A DNA stretch of 64,000 nucleotides, from IMG/VR virus record IMGVR_UViG_3300008262_000018, positions 1 to 64,000 of that record; one strand, 5' to 3'. Below the pieces are notes generated by a model. That model was given only the letters and a program-made list of their open reading frames with translations, was not told the origin of the DNA and did no database searches. Position 1 is the first letter of the stretch, and each line of letters opens with the position of its first letter. A program made the position numbers and the translations under genes. This document shows, piece after piece, positions 37,667-48,812 of this stretch. Source of the stretch: a virus.

Positions 37667-40600
37667 AGAAACAAATCAAAGTCAAAATGCAGGTACATCT
37701 AAAACCAATACCTTTCAAAAAGGTATGGTTAAAGATTACAACGAAACTTTTGTTGGTGAAGGTTTGTATACGCACGCGCGTAATGCCATAAATAACACTC
37801 ATCATGGACAAATTGGTGTATTAGGTAATGAACCATCTAATCTATCTTGCTACAATTTTCCATACACTGTTATAGGTGCAGTTCACATGTATGATGATAC
37901 ATGGGCTATTTTTACAACGAATGATGTAGATTCTGAAATAGGTTTATTTGATGATTCACAATGTAGTTATGAAACTATTGTAAACAATAAGTGTTTAAAT
38001 TTTAAAAAATCAAATTTAATTACAGGGGCTTATAAAGAAAGATACGATTGTGAAAGAGTTATATACTGGGATGATGGATTAAATCCTACAAGATTTTTAA
38101 ACATAGATGATATTCCTTGGAATGAAAATTGTGTTGTTCAAAATGATTGTAGAATATGTACACCAATAATTGGGGATCTTGATTGTGATCAATTAAGAAT
38201 AGCTCCTTTTGTAACTACACCTTGTATACAAGTTGAGAAAGGAAAAATAGCAGGTACTCTTCCAAATGGTTCTTATCAAGTTTGTATTGCTTATACTATT
38301 AACCAAGTGAGAATAACTGATTATATTGGTCTTAGTGAAGTGCAGCCTTTATTTAATCATCTTGGAAATAGTTCATCTTTAGAGGTTAAAATTAATACAA
38401 TTGATAAAGACAACTTTGATGAATTTGAATTAGTTGTTTATGCAACTATTAATCTTGGAACATATGCTAAAAGAATAGGTTATTATTCAACATCTCAAGG
38501 TACAATTTATATAGATAGATGGGACCCTGAGTTTGTAACTGTACCTATTGAATTAATTCCAATGCGAACAGAGCCTGTTGAAAGAACAGATGCAATGTTT
38601 CAACTAAATAACTATTTAGTAAGAACAGGACCAAGAAGTAAATATAAATTTAATTACCAGCCTCAAGCAAATAATATAATTTCAAAATGGGTGGCTGTTC
38701 AATATCCAGAAGATTATTATAGAAAAGGTGGAAATAACGCTGGATACATGCGCGATGAGCAATACGCATTTTTTATAAGATTTATATATAACACTGGGGA
38801 TAGATCAGAGTCTTTTCATATTCCAGGAAGAGCTACTTTTGTTGGGGATAGGACTATTGTAACAGGTGATGATATTTATGAAACTATACCTGTTGAAAAA
38901 TGGAAAGCTTATAATACAGGCACTGTTATTCCATCTGCTCCTATTCCACAATTACCTGATGGTGGTATTCCATTAGCGCAAGGATATATGGGATATTGGG
39001 AAGCAGAATCTGAATTTTATCCTGATGATAAACCTGATATATGGGGAAATCTTTGTGGTAAAAAAATTAGACATCACAAAATGCCTGATGAAACAGTTGA
39101 TCCTATTCTATCTACATTTAGACCTGGAGGTAAATCAATTGTTTTATTAGGTGTAAGATTTGAAAATATAACTCCTCCTTTAGATGAAAATGGTAATCCT
39201 ATTACATCAATTGTTGCATATGAAATATTAAGAGGATCAAGAGAGGGAAATAAAACAATACTTGCAAAGGGTATTATAAACAATATGTTTGAATACCCTA
39301 TTCCAGGAAATAATCTTGTAAAAGGATTATTTCAAAACTATCCTTATAACGATTTAAGAGCTGATTCATATCTTACTACAAAAAGACAAACATCAAATAC
39401 TGGTGATCCCTTTCCAGCTTCTACTGTAAACAATACTACAGCACCAAAATTAAATACTGTTAAAAGAGATATATTTTCCTTTCATGGTCCTGATGTTGTT
39501 TTTAGTAATCCTTTTTTATCAGCAAATGAATTAAAACTATATTCAGAATTTAATGGTAAACAGTTAGGTATATTTGCTGTTCCGTTTAGACATCCTAGAT
39601 TTAAAGTGATATCAAATGCTCCAGCAATTGTTGCAGACCTTATAGCTTTAGCTGATACCATTTCATCAGCAGCAAATATTGTTGCAACTATTGTAGGAAC
39701 TCAAGGTAGTACTTCATCAAACACCTTAAGTTTTTCAGGAACAGAAGGATTACCACTTATTTTTCAATATGGTCCTTTAAAAAGACCACCAGCTCCACCA
39801 TCTGAAGATAGTGTTACTAGTGGAGGTGTAAATAGAGCTTTGAACTATGCATTGTGGGCACTTGAACTAGTTGGCTGGGCTACACAAACATTAGCATTAA
39901 TAAAACTTGAACTTGCAATGCAATCTGCTAAAGCTGAAAAACTATTGGATGTTTTAAAGTATATTATTCCAAATGTTCAATATGCAAGACAATATAGATC
40001 ACATGGATTATATGATAATTTTAAATCTTTACAAACAAATAATACTCGAAGATCGCTTGTAGAAGCAAATTATATTTTTCCTCAAATACAGCAATTTACT
40101 TTAGACTATCAGGTAAATAATATTAACAGAAGTCAATACGTTTGTTTACAGTTAGACAAAGTGTTAGCAGATCCTTTAACACAAGATACTAGCAAATTTT
40201 TATTAAGTGATGTTGGTTGTGATGATGGATCTGATCATGAAAGACCTATATCATCTTATTATGGAGCTCTTAAGATACCTATTCCTAATCAATATGGTCA
40301 GTTATGGACAATTAAACAACTTCCAATTAATTCAAATTGTTTAACTCAAATAAAACCATCATTTACATCTGTAACTTCTCCTATACTTTTTGGAGGAGAT
40401 GTGTATATAACAAGATTTACAGAAAAGAATACTATGTTCTTTTTTGATAATTGGTTAGTAGGTGAACCTGATGAAGCTTTAATTGATTATACTTATTATA
40501 CAAACATTCCTTGGCCAAGACATTGGATAAATACAGAACCTCAAAAATTAGTATCACTTACAAATACTCCTGCTGTATATAGATCATTAGATTGTAATCA

Positions 40601-42338
40601 AGATAATCCTGGTATTCAGTTTGACAAGGGTAATTTGTTTTATGTTAAGACAGGGTACTTTTATCTTTTTAATTCAGGAGTGAGAGACTTTTTTGTAGAA
40701 TCAGAAGTTAATGTGGCGCTTAGAGATTGGGAAGATGAGTTTGGGAAAAGACATTATGATCCTTACGAGTATACAGATCTTCAAACAATGTTTAGAAGTG
40801 ATCTAATAAAGAATGGTAATTTTTATAAATATGACTATTCATTAAGTGTTTCTAAACTTCCTGGAAGTTCTACAACATGGGGTAAACTATTTGATAGATT
40901 TTACGATCCTCAAGATGCTTCATCATGTTTTACTTATACACCTAATAGAATCATATATTCATCAGCGTCTGATATAGATGCACCCACTGTAACAAGAAGT
41001 GTTCAAGATAACTGGAGAATATTTTTACCAAATAACACAAAGGATTTTGAAACTAATGTTATTTCTATAAAACCTATTAATAAAACAGGTGCTTTGTTTT
41101 TAATGGAAAAGCAAAGTCCATTTTCATTTTCAGGTCAAGAGCAGTTTAAAACAGATCAGGTTAATACAATAATAACTATTGGTACAGGAGATCTATTTAA
41201 AAGTTCTCTTCAAAATATTATAAGATCTGAAGATTATTTTCAATATGGTTCTTGTCAAAATAGATATTCTGTTCTAAACACGTTACACGGTGTATTTTGG
41301 GTGAGTCAAGAGCAAGGTAAAATATTTTTGTTTAGTAGTGGAATAAAAGAAATTACAAGAGATACAGGTTTAAAGATGTGGTTTTCTAGAAACCTCCCCT
41401 CTAATCTTTTAAAACAATTTCCAAATTATATACATAAAGATAACCCTGTAAAAGGTGTAGGTGTATTAACGTCATATGATAATACGTATGAAATCTTTTA
41501 TGTAACTAAAAAAGATTATAAACTAATAGATCCTAATCGAGGTATTTATTTTTATGATGAGGTTCAAGATGAGTTTTATTTTAATGGTAGTAAAATACTA
41601 TTAACAGATACAACACATTTTGTAAAAGCTGATTGGACTATTAGTTATGATCCAAAAAGTCAACATTGGATAAGTTTTCACGATTGGCATCCAACATTTA
41701 ATGTATCAAGTAAGAACCACTTTTTAACTGTTAATAATAACTCTGTTTGGAAACATAATGTAAGATGTGATAGTTATGGTAATTTTTATGGCGTTAACTA
41801 TCCTTTTGAAATAGAGTTTGTGTCATCAACTGGTCAAACAGTTAATTCCATGAGGAATATAGAATATGTGTTAGAAGCATATAGATATCATAACGACTGC
41901 TATGATAAGTTTCATGTTCTTGATGAAAACTTTGATCAAGCAATTATTTATAATTCAGAACAAATATCAGGTGTTTTAAATTTATTTTTAAAAGATAAAA
42001 CAAATCCTTTAGATGTAATAAAGCAACCTGTAATAAATGCTAATTCAATTGACATATTATTTTCAAAAGAAGAAAATAAATATAGATTTAATCAGTTTTG
42101 GGATATAACAAAAGATAGAGGTGAATTTAATAACGTTAATATTCCAATGTTTGTTACAAATGCAAATGGATATGAATATAATATTAATCCAGCATATGTA
42201 AACTATAATAAACCTGTGCTACAACGTAAAAAGTTCAGACATCATGTTAATAGAGTTTTCTTAAGAAGAAATGTGAGTGGTAGTAATAATATGTTATTTA
42301 AGTTATCTAACCAAAAACTACTAAACAGTCCACGATGA
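37659..42338 (+). CDS. Tail stabilization/muzzle protein
   Basis: 1559 aa beta-rich; FQKGMVKD, YWDDGLNP.R, YMRDEQYAF.I.F, FGGD.YI, WTISYD...WISFHDW.P. Confidence 0.8.
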   Translation: MAEETNQSQNAGTSKTNTFQKGMVKDYNETFVGEGLYTHARNAINNTHHGQIGVLGNEPSNLSCYNFPYTVIGAVHMYDDTWAIFTTNDVDSEIGLFDDSQCSYETIVNNKCLNFKKSNLITGAYKERYDCERVIYWDDGLNPTRFLNIDDIPWNENCVVQNDCRICTPIIGDLDCDQLRIAPFVTTPCIQVEKGKIAGTLPNGSYQVCIAYTINQVRITDYIGLSEVQPLFNHLGNSSSLEVKINTIDKDNFDEFELVVYATINLGTYAKRIGYYSTSQGTIYIDRWDPEFVTVPIELIPMRTEPVERTDAMFQLNNYLVRTGPRSKYKFNYQPQANNIISKWVAVQYPEDYYRKGGNNAGYMRDEQYAFFIRFIYNTGDRSESFHIPGRATFVGDRTIVTGDDIYETIPVEKWKAYNTGTVIPSAPIPQLPDGGIPLAQGYMGYWEAESEFYPDDKPDIWGNLCGKKIRHHKMPDETVDPILSTFRPGGKSIVLLGVRFENITPPLDENGNPITSIVAYEILRGSREGNKTILAKGIINNMFEYPIPGNNLVKGLFQNYPYNDLRADSYLTTKRQTSNTGDPFPASTVNNTTAPKLNTVKRDIFSFHGPDVVFSNPFLSANELKLYSEFNGKQLGIFAVPFRHPRFKVISNAPAIVADLIALADTISSAANIVATIVGTQGSTSSNTLSFSGTEGLPLIFQYGPLKRPPAPPSEDSVTSGGVNRALNYALWALELVGWATQTLALIKLELAMQSAKAEKLLDVLKYIIPNVQYARQYRSHGLYDNFKSLQTNNTRRSLVEANYIFPQIQQFTLDYQVNNINRSQYVCLQLDKVLADPLTQDTSKFLLSDVGCDDGSDHERPISSYYGALKIPIPNQYGQLWTIKQLPINSNCLTQIKPSFTSVTSPILFGGDVYITRFTEKNTMFFFDNWLVGEPDEALIDYTYYTNIPWPRHWINTEPQKLVSLTNTPAVYRSLDCNQDNPGIQFDKGNLFYVKTGYFYLFNSGVRDFFVESEVNVALRDWEDEFGKRHYDPYEYTDLQTMFRSDLIKNGNFYKYDYSLSVSKLPGSSTTWGKLFDRFYDPQDASSCFTYTPNRIIYSSASDIDAPTVTRSVQDNWRIFLPNNTKDFETNVISIKPINKTGALFLMEKQSPFSFSGQEQFKTDQVNTIITIGTGDLFKSSLQNIIRSEDYFQYGSCQNRYSVLNTLHGVFWVSQEQGKIFLFSSGIKEITRDTGLKMWFSRNLPSNLLKQFPNYIHKDNPVKGVGVLTSYDNTYEIFYVTKKDYKLIDPNRGIYFYDEVQDEFYFNGSKILLTDTTHFVKADWTISYDPKSQHWISFHDWHPTFNVSSKNHFLTVNNNSVWKHNVRCDSYGNFYGVNYPFEIEFVSSTGQTVNSMRNIEYVLEAYRYHNDCYDKFHVLDENFDQAIIYNSEQISGVLNLFLKDKTNPLDVIKQPVINANSIDILFSKEENKYRFNQFWDITKDRGEFNNVNIPMFVTNANGYEYNINPAYVNYNKPVLQRKKFRHHVNRVFLRRNVSGSNNMLFKLSNQKLLNSPR

Positions 42339-45300
42339 GTTATAATAAAAAAATGTTTAGAGAAATGGTGGAAGAATCTAAAAAGAAAAAAGTTCTTCCA
42401 AAACCTAAAGATAGGATAGTAGATCCTATGGGTCAATGGGCTCATCCAGGACAAGTGACACGTATTCCTTCTAATAGAATAACAATGCAGGGTGTTCCCT
42501 ATCCTGTATTAGGTGTAGGTAATAATGGTCAACAACAAATGATGTATCCAGGACAAGAATATAGTTTTCCTGGTTCACAATATGTAGATGAATATCCTTT
42601 GATGCAAGCTCAAAATGGAGCTATTATAGATCCTGGAGATGATGAATTAGCTTTTCAAAGGTTTTTTAAAACTCTTCCTTTTAATTTAAGAGTTGATAAT
42701 CCTAGTTATAATATTAGAGGATATTGGAATGCTTTAGGTAGACCAGAAAAATTTGACTACAGTCAACCAAAAGAGGATGATGGAATGTACCATGCATTTA
42801 GTAGAAATCCAAACACTGGTGAAATATTAAAAAGACCTCAACATCCAACATTTAAAATGGCTATTGAGGGAGATAGAGCTGCTGGATATTATCCAATAGT
42901 AACACCTGATGGGAAAATAAAAACAGTATCTGGAAGAGATTTTAAACCTGGTCAATCTATATATTTTAATGGAGGAGATATATCTATACCTAATTTAAAA
43001 AAAGAAGGTTGGTTAAACAAATATGATAATGGTGGACAACTTGAAAAATTTAAACCAGGTGGATTTTTTACAGTACCTACCACTACTAAATTTGATTGGA
43101 GTACTGTACAACGACTTCCAACTAAAGAAGAAAGAGACGAATATTATGCAGAGCAAGGAAGAAATAAACAAAATAAAACAGCAAGAGGACAAATAATTAA
43201 TAAAACTAAAACTACTACTCAAAATAATACTTCCACTACTGCTCAAAATAAAACAAATCAAAATAGTTCTGGAGTTTCTTCTGAAGCAAATCCTAATTAT
43301 AATTGGAATATGACTAGTATTGTTCCTGAATGGACGACAAATACACAATTTCCTACTAGTAATAAAATTCCTATAAATATTAACTATGAAGATATTGTTC
43401 GCAGAGGAGATTTAGAAACACAAACTGGTACAGGTAGACAAGTTCTTTTAAATAAAGCTATTGCTTCACAAAACATTGCTAATCAAAAATTTGAAAAAGG
43501 TGTAGCTGCATTAATGAGTTCTGGTATGTCAGAAGAAAGTGCAATTAGAACATATCAAGAGTATATTAGAAATCCAAAACTTCTTCCAGGAATAGGTTGG
43601 CAGATTGATGATATTGAAAATAGAAACTATAGGATAAGCATGCATCCTGATTATGATCCTAATAAATCTTTTGACCAACAAAAATATTTAGCTACAGATG
43701 GATCACTAAGAGCAAGACTATTAAGAGGTTCTAATATGTTAAATAGTAGTGGAGATCCTGTTTTAAATTTTTTAACTGGTGCTATAACAGCACCAGGAAG
43801 AGCTTTTGCAAATCTTACAACAAATGCTAACCAACGATATTTAAATTCAGATAATTCAATTTTAGAAAATGTTACAAATTTAGGTCTTGATCTTCTTGAT
43901 GTTACTGGAGCAGGTATATTTACTCCTAAAAATGCAGCAAAATTGGTTGGAAATAAAGGTTATACTACGGCTCTTAATCTTTATGGTGATAATATTCCAA
44001 GATTTTCAACAAGTGGTACAACAAATATAGGAAGTTCTTCAGCTCTAAATTTATCTAGAAATTTAGATAATACTGGAGTTGGAGCACGTACTCAAAATAC
44101 TGGAGTAGCTACTCAAAATATTTTTAATAACTCATCAGATGCGATAAATACTGGAGTAGTTTCTCCAAAAGTAAATTTAGCAACATCAGGTAATAAAACA
44201 AGAGCACAAATTCAAGCTGAGAATCTTAGACGTATGGCAGCAGAAGGGGAGGCAGCTAGAAATGCTGCGGTTAATCAAGCTAAAACAACATCACTTGTAT
44301 CTAGAGAAGATGTGGCAAGAAATGTTCTAAAAGATGATCCAATATTTGGTGGCACTGAAGGTGGATGGGGGCGTACTGGTAGTGGTAATAAATCTTTGTC
44401 TTATGATGATATGGTTGATCGTCTTCATGCTGAATATGCTCAAAATGACGTATTAGCATTAGGTAACTATCCTGTTTATTTTCATGGAACAACATCAGGA
44501 TCTCTACCTGGAATTGTAAAAAATCAAGGATTAATACCAACTGGAAAACTTATTAGCCAAGGAGATATTCCTTTAACAGGTGAATTAAGTTTTGGAAGCT
44601 TACCTGGAATAGGAATGAATAATGAAAATCTTTCTGCAGCTTTTATAGGAGACATTAATAGTTCTCTAAATTATGCAGGTGGAAAAAATTTTATTAACCC
44701 TATACAACGACTTGAAACATGGAATACAGTAGATAGACCAGAAGTGATTTCATGGATGCCTGAAAACCAAATTAAATTTTATGATGAATTACTTACAAAT
44801 CAGGCAAATAAATGGCAAACACTTTCTCAAGAAGAAAAACTATTAGCTGAAGAAAACTTTCCTATTTTGTTTGGTATAAGACCAAAAGGAGCAGATAGAT
44901 TTAGTACAATTAGAACATCTATAGACGGAGAAGTTGGTATAAAGGGAGGTGTAGGTTTTAATGAAATTCCTAGTGTATATGTTCCAAAAAGTAAAATAGA
45001 ATATGTTTCTCAATATTTTGGTAATCCAGATAGAATGAATATATTACCAATAGATGAGTTATTGTTAAAGCACAATCAAGGTACAATGCCTAGTTGGTGG
45101 AAGTGGAAAAAAGGTGGAACAATTGGACAATATAAAAAAGGTGGTTGGTTGAATAAATATGATGATAGTAGATTTACTACAGTGTCTACTACTACTTTTT
45201 CACCTGAACAAAAAAATAATCTTGTTACTAATTTAAACTATTGGAAAAATGTTAGCAATAACATGGGAAATCAAAATGCAGGTGAAAAACCTAACAATCC

Positions 45301-48300
45301 AAAAGGAAAAGACAGAGGTGTTTATTTAGGGGATGATAATAGATGGCATTGGAAAAATTGGTGGAATGGTAAAGAATACACATATTATAATCAACCTACA
45401 ATGCCAGGATCTAAAGGTCAAGGATGGGATGAAGATATTATTATAAAAGGACGTGCAAAACCAAAAGAAGAACCTAACATTGACGATTATTATATTCGTG
45501 ATGCTAATGGTAGCATTATAGGTTTTGATAATGAAGGATGGCAAAGAGATAAATATAATAGAGATGTTACTACAATAAATGCAAATGATCTAATTACACA
45601 ACGTTCTCCTATTGAATTAACACAATCTTTGAATCAATCAAAATATAATAGTCAAGTAACAGGATTAGATAATGAAGAAATAAGACAAGCAAAAGAACAA
45701 GAAAGATTAGCATATTTACAACAAAAAGAAGAGGAAGAACGTAATAAACAAGTAATAGATATTAGGAACGATTGGGTATGGATGAATGAAGAAGAAAGAA
45801 ATGCAGAAAGAAATGCTGCTAGTTTTAGAGGTGATAATACATCACTATCTCAAAATTTTCCAGTATATAATCCTATTACTAAAAAATATGAACAAGCTCC
45901 AAGAAGTGATGCCAAATTTTCTAAATTGTGGTCTAAAGATTATTTAAGAGAGAAACCACGCGATATGACCTGGGTAGATTGGGCTCTTCTAGCAGCTCCT
46001 GCTGCTGTTATTGGAGCTGCTACTGCTCCTGCTTGGGTACCTGCTGTAGGTACTGCTCTTACTGCACCATTTACAATAGGTTCTACAACAGTTCCATGGT
46101 TAACAGCAGGTAATGTTCTTAGTGCGTATGGTGCTACTAATAGTTTAATGAATTTAGGAAATCCATCATCTAACTTATATAGATCAATTGGAGAAGCTTA
46201 TAGAAATCCAAATGTTAATACTATAATAAATGCCACTGGAAATGCTCTTGAAACAGGATTAGGTTTTTATGGATTTCCTGCTAAAGCAGGTGCAATATCA
46301 TTAGTTGATGATCTTTCAAGAACAGGTAGATATTTAACAACTCCTTTAAGAAATACAAAAGCATCTAAAACTATTTCACAACTTTCACAAAAAAATTATG
46401 TAGATAAACAAGGACTACCAGTTGTAACTTTTGATGATATAGACGCTCTTATTGAAAAACAAATTAATTGGTTAGATAGTGATGAATATGCTATAAGAAG
46501 AATGGCATCTACTGGAGAATCTTTAAATGAAATTAGAAAAAGTACAGATAAATGGATAAATCAAATAAGAAAAAATAAAAAAGATGTTTTTCGAGTTAAT
46601 CCAAATCTTGAGTCTCAAGGAGAATATAATCTTATACCAGATTATCGTAATTTTATTACTACTTTAATGGGAAAAAGAAAACCTCGCATCATGTATCGTC
46701 CACAAGACAGATCTAATATGTTAAATATTCTTGATCATGAAGTTTTACATGCATTTTCTCCAGCTCTTAAAAATGATAAATTATATAAAAATTATCCAAC
46801 ATTAGATGTTCTACAACCTACTAAACGTACCTTTTTTGAAAAGTTATTTAACAAAAAGCCTTATACTAAAGAGGAACAACACTTGCTTTATCTAGCAGAT
46901 AAACCAGAACAACAAGTAAGAGGAGTTAGATTATATCAAAAAATTATTGATGATTTAGATATTCCAGAATATAGACCAATAACACAAAAAGAATTTGATG
47001 ATTGGATAGATAACTATTTTAATAAAAATGCAAATAAATATTGGGATGAAGGTCTTGGTGATGTAGTTGAGTTATTAGGTTCTGCTAAGCGTGAAGCAGA
47101 TATTAAAAAGACATTAGGTACTGATAAAGGAGTTTTATTTCGAAAATCTGTTTTAGACTTTCTTAATAAAGTATGGGCAATTCCTGCAGCTATTACTATT
47201 GGTTCTGAAACTTTAAAAGAAAAAAAACAAGGTGGAGAAATTAATTGGTTAACTAAGTATGATGATGGAGGATTTGCAACTACAGGTCTAAGTACATATC
47301 CTTCATATATTACAAATAATGTAAATGTTGCAGAAAGTACAAGACCTTCAAATTATAAAAAATTTGAAATAATAGAAAAACAAGAACAATCTGCTTTAAA
47401 TAATAATGTAAAATTTGTTAAAATTAAAACTAATAATGGAAGTTATATTAATTTAAGAACAGATAGTAAAGAATACAATGATTTAATAAAAAATAATGCT
47501 ATTGATCCTTATTCGTTTAATAAAGCAGATGGTTCGTTTAGTTTAAGACCACAAAAACAACAAAAACAAGAACCATCTGCTTTATTAGGCGAAGTAGGAT
47601 CAATAGCTAAAGAAAATCTTAAAAAAGTATATAATAAACTTGAAGAAACAGCAGAAGATTTGTGGAATTCTTATTCAAAAGCGATGAATCAAGCTCCATT
47701 AGATGCTAAAGGTATTAATCTTGGATCTGGATTTGGGGGCATAGAAAGTAAAGGAGTAGCAGCAAAAATAGCAGAGGCAACTAGAGGTTATGTTAGTGGG
47801 GTTATTCGTAAACTTGATCAAATGAAAGAAGAAGACAAAAAAGCAAAAGTAGTAGAAAAGAAAACACCTATGGTAAAAAATTCTCAAAGAAATATATTAC
47901 CACAAGGTTATACAGAGCTAGCTACTGTACCAGATGTTTATTCTTCAAATCCTACAGATAGTTTAGTTTCTTTTATTAATGTTTTTGATAATGATGAAGG
48001 AATTGATTATATTGTAGGTAATAAAATAAAAGAAATTACAGATGGAAAAAATGTACTATCAAGATATGGTAATACACGAGCAGTAGCTCATTTTTTAAGA
48101 GATGCTGATATACTACCTAATCAACAATTTGCACCAATGGAATGGCCTACTATAAAAGGGTATACATTCCGTAGCACATCCCCAGGTAAAGCTATTTCAG
48201 CTACAGGTTTTGATGATCCCGAAAGATATAGAATGCTTTATCAAAAAACTGGTGATGGAAATAGATATCGTATAAAGTATGTTAAAAATAAAGATTTAAC

Positions 48301-48811
48301 AGAGGAACAAATAAAAAATTATGAAACAGATTTTACTGTAAGTGGTTATCATAATTTTTCTGATATTGATTGGGACGGTAAAGGTAAAAGTACAGGATAT
48401 TTATCAAAAAGCAATTGGGTTCCATTAAAAGGAAATAAAGGACATACATACATTCCTTATAAAGATAAAGGATCGTTTTCAAGATTTTCAGGAGGATCGA
48501 TAACATATTTATTTAAAGATCCTATAACAAATAAAAATGTTGGTGTAGATGTTACTGGTTCTGTTAACACCATGAAAAAAATTGGAGAAGATATTATAAA
48601 AATGTATGGTATAAAACCTGAAGATCTTAAAATAATATATCATGATATGGGATCATATTCTGCTAAACCAAAATCAAAAAAAGGTATATTAGATTACAAA
48701 CAATGGATTGACTATAATAGATATAATATGGGTTTTTCTGGAGCTCCTCTTATGGTACCTGAGAAAAAAATAGGTGGAGAAACAAAAAATTGGCTAAATA
48801 AATACAAATAA
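42335..48811 (+). CDS. Large multidomain cargo/polyvalent protein with GG-delimited modules, ART-like and zincin domains
   Basis: Four WL[NT]KY and many xxGG motifs; YFHGTTSGSL near 44478; HEVLH near 46736. Confidence 0.75.
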   Translation: MSYNKKMFREMVEESKKKKVLPKPKDRIVDPMGQWAHPGQVTRIPSNRITMQGVPYPVLGVGNNGQQQMMYPGQEYSFPGSQYVDEYPLMQAQNGAIIDPGDDELAFQRFFKTLPFNLRVDNPSYNIRGYWNALGRPEKFDYSQPKEDDGMYHAFSRNPNTGEILKRPQHPTFKMAIEGDRAAGYYPIVTPDGKIKTVSGRDFKPGQSIYFNGGDISIPNLKKEGWLNKYDNGGQLEKFKPGGFFTVPTTTKFDWSTVQRLPTKEERDEYYAEQGRNKQNKTARGQIINKTKTTTQNNTSTTAQNKTNQNSSGVSSEANPNYNWNMTSIVPEWTTNTQFPTSNKIPININYEDIVRRGDLETQTGTGRQVLLNKAIASQNIANQKFEKGVAALMSSGMSEESAIRTYQEYIRNPKLLPGIGWQIDDIENRNYRISMHPDYDPNKSFDQQKYLATDGSLRARLLRGSNMLNSSGDPVLNFLTGAITAPGRAFANLTTNANQRYLNSDNSILENVTNLGLDLLDVTGAGIFTPKNAAKLVGNKGYTTALNLYGDNIPRFSTSGTTNIGSSSALNLSRNLDNTGVGARTQNTGVATQNIFNNSSDAINTGVVSPKVNLATSGNKTRAQIQAENLRRMAAEGEAARNAAVNQAKTTSLVSREDVARNVLKDDPIFGGTEGGWGRTGSGNKSLSYDDMVDRLHAEYAQNDVLALGNYPVYFHGTTSGSLPGIVKNQGLIPTGKLISQGDIPLTGELSFGSLPGIGMNNENLSAAFIGDINSSLNYAGGKNFINPIQRLETWNTVDRPEVISWMPENQIKFYDELLTNQANKWQTLSQEEKLLAEENFPILFGIRPKGADRFSTIRTSIDGEVGIKGGVGFNEIPSVYVPKSKIEYVSQYFGNPDRMNILPIDELLLKHNQGTMPSWWKWKKGGTIGQYKKGGWLNKYDDSRFTTVSTTTFSPEQKNNLVTNLNYWKNVSNNMGNQNAGEKPNNPKGKDRGVYLGDDNRWHWKNWWNGKEYTYYNQPTMPGSKGQGWDEDIIIKGRAKPKEEPNIDDYYIRDANGSIIGFDNEGWQRDKYNRDVTTINANDLITQRSPIELTQSLNQSKYNSQVTGLDNEEIRQAKEQERLAYLQQKEEEERNKQVIDIRNDWVWMNEEERNAERNAASFRGDNTSLSQNFPVYNPITKKYEQAPRSDAKFSKLWSKDYLREKPRDMTWVDWALLAAPAAVIGAATAPAWVPAVGTALTAPFTIGSTTVPWLTAGNVLSAYGATNSLMNLGNPSSNLYRSIGEAYRNPNVNTIINATGNALETGLGFYGFPAKAGAISLVDDLSRTGRYLTTPLRNTKASKTISQLSQKNYVDKQGLPVVTFDDIDALIEKQINWLDSDEYAIRRMASTGESLNEIRKSTDKWINQIRKNKKDVFRVNPNLESQGEYNLIPDYRNFITTLMGKRKPRIMYRPQDRSNMLNILDHEVLHAFSPALKNDKLYKNYPTLDVLQPTKRTFFEKLFNKKPYTKEEQHLLYLADKPEQQVRGVRLYQKIIDDLDIPEYRPITQKEFDDWIDNYFNKNANKYWDEGLGDVVELLGSAKREADIKKTLGTDKGVLFRKSVLDFLNKVWAIPAAITIGSETLKEKKQGGEINWLTKYDDGGFATTGLSTYPSYITNNVNVAESTRPSNYKKFEIIEKQEQSALNNNVKFVKIKTNNGSYINLRTDSKEYNDLIKNNAIDPYSFNKADGSFSLRPQKQQKQEPSALLGEVGSIAKENLKKVYNKLEETAEDLWNSYSKAMNQAPLDAKGINLGSGFGGIESKGVAAKIAEATRGYVSGVIRKLDQMKEEDKKAKVVEKKTPMVKNSQRNILPQGYTELATVPDVYSSNPTDSLVSFINVFDNDEGIDYIVGNKIKEITDGKNVLSRYGNTRAVAHFLRDADILPNQQFAPMEWPTIKGYTFRSTSPGKAISATGFDDPERYRMLYQKTGDGNRYRIKYVKNKDLTEEQIKNYETDFTVSGYHNFSDIDWDGKGKSTGYLSKSNWVPLKGNKGHTYIPYKDKGSFSRFSGGSITYLFKDPITNKNVGVDVTGSVNTMKKIGEDIIKMYGIKPEDLKIIYHDMGSYSAKPKSKKGILDYKQWIDYNRYNMGFSGAPLMVPEKKIGGETKNWLNKYK

Positions 48812-48812
48812 T

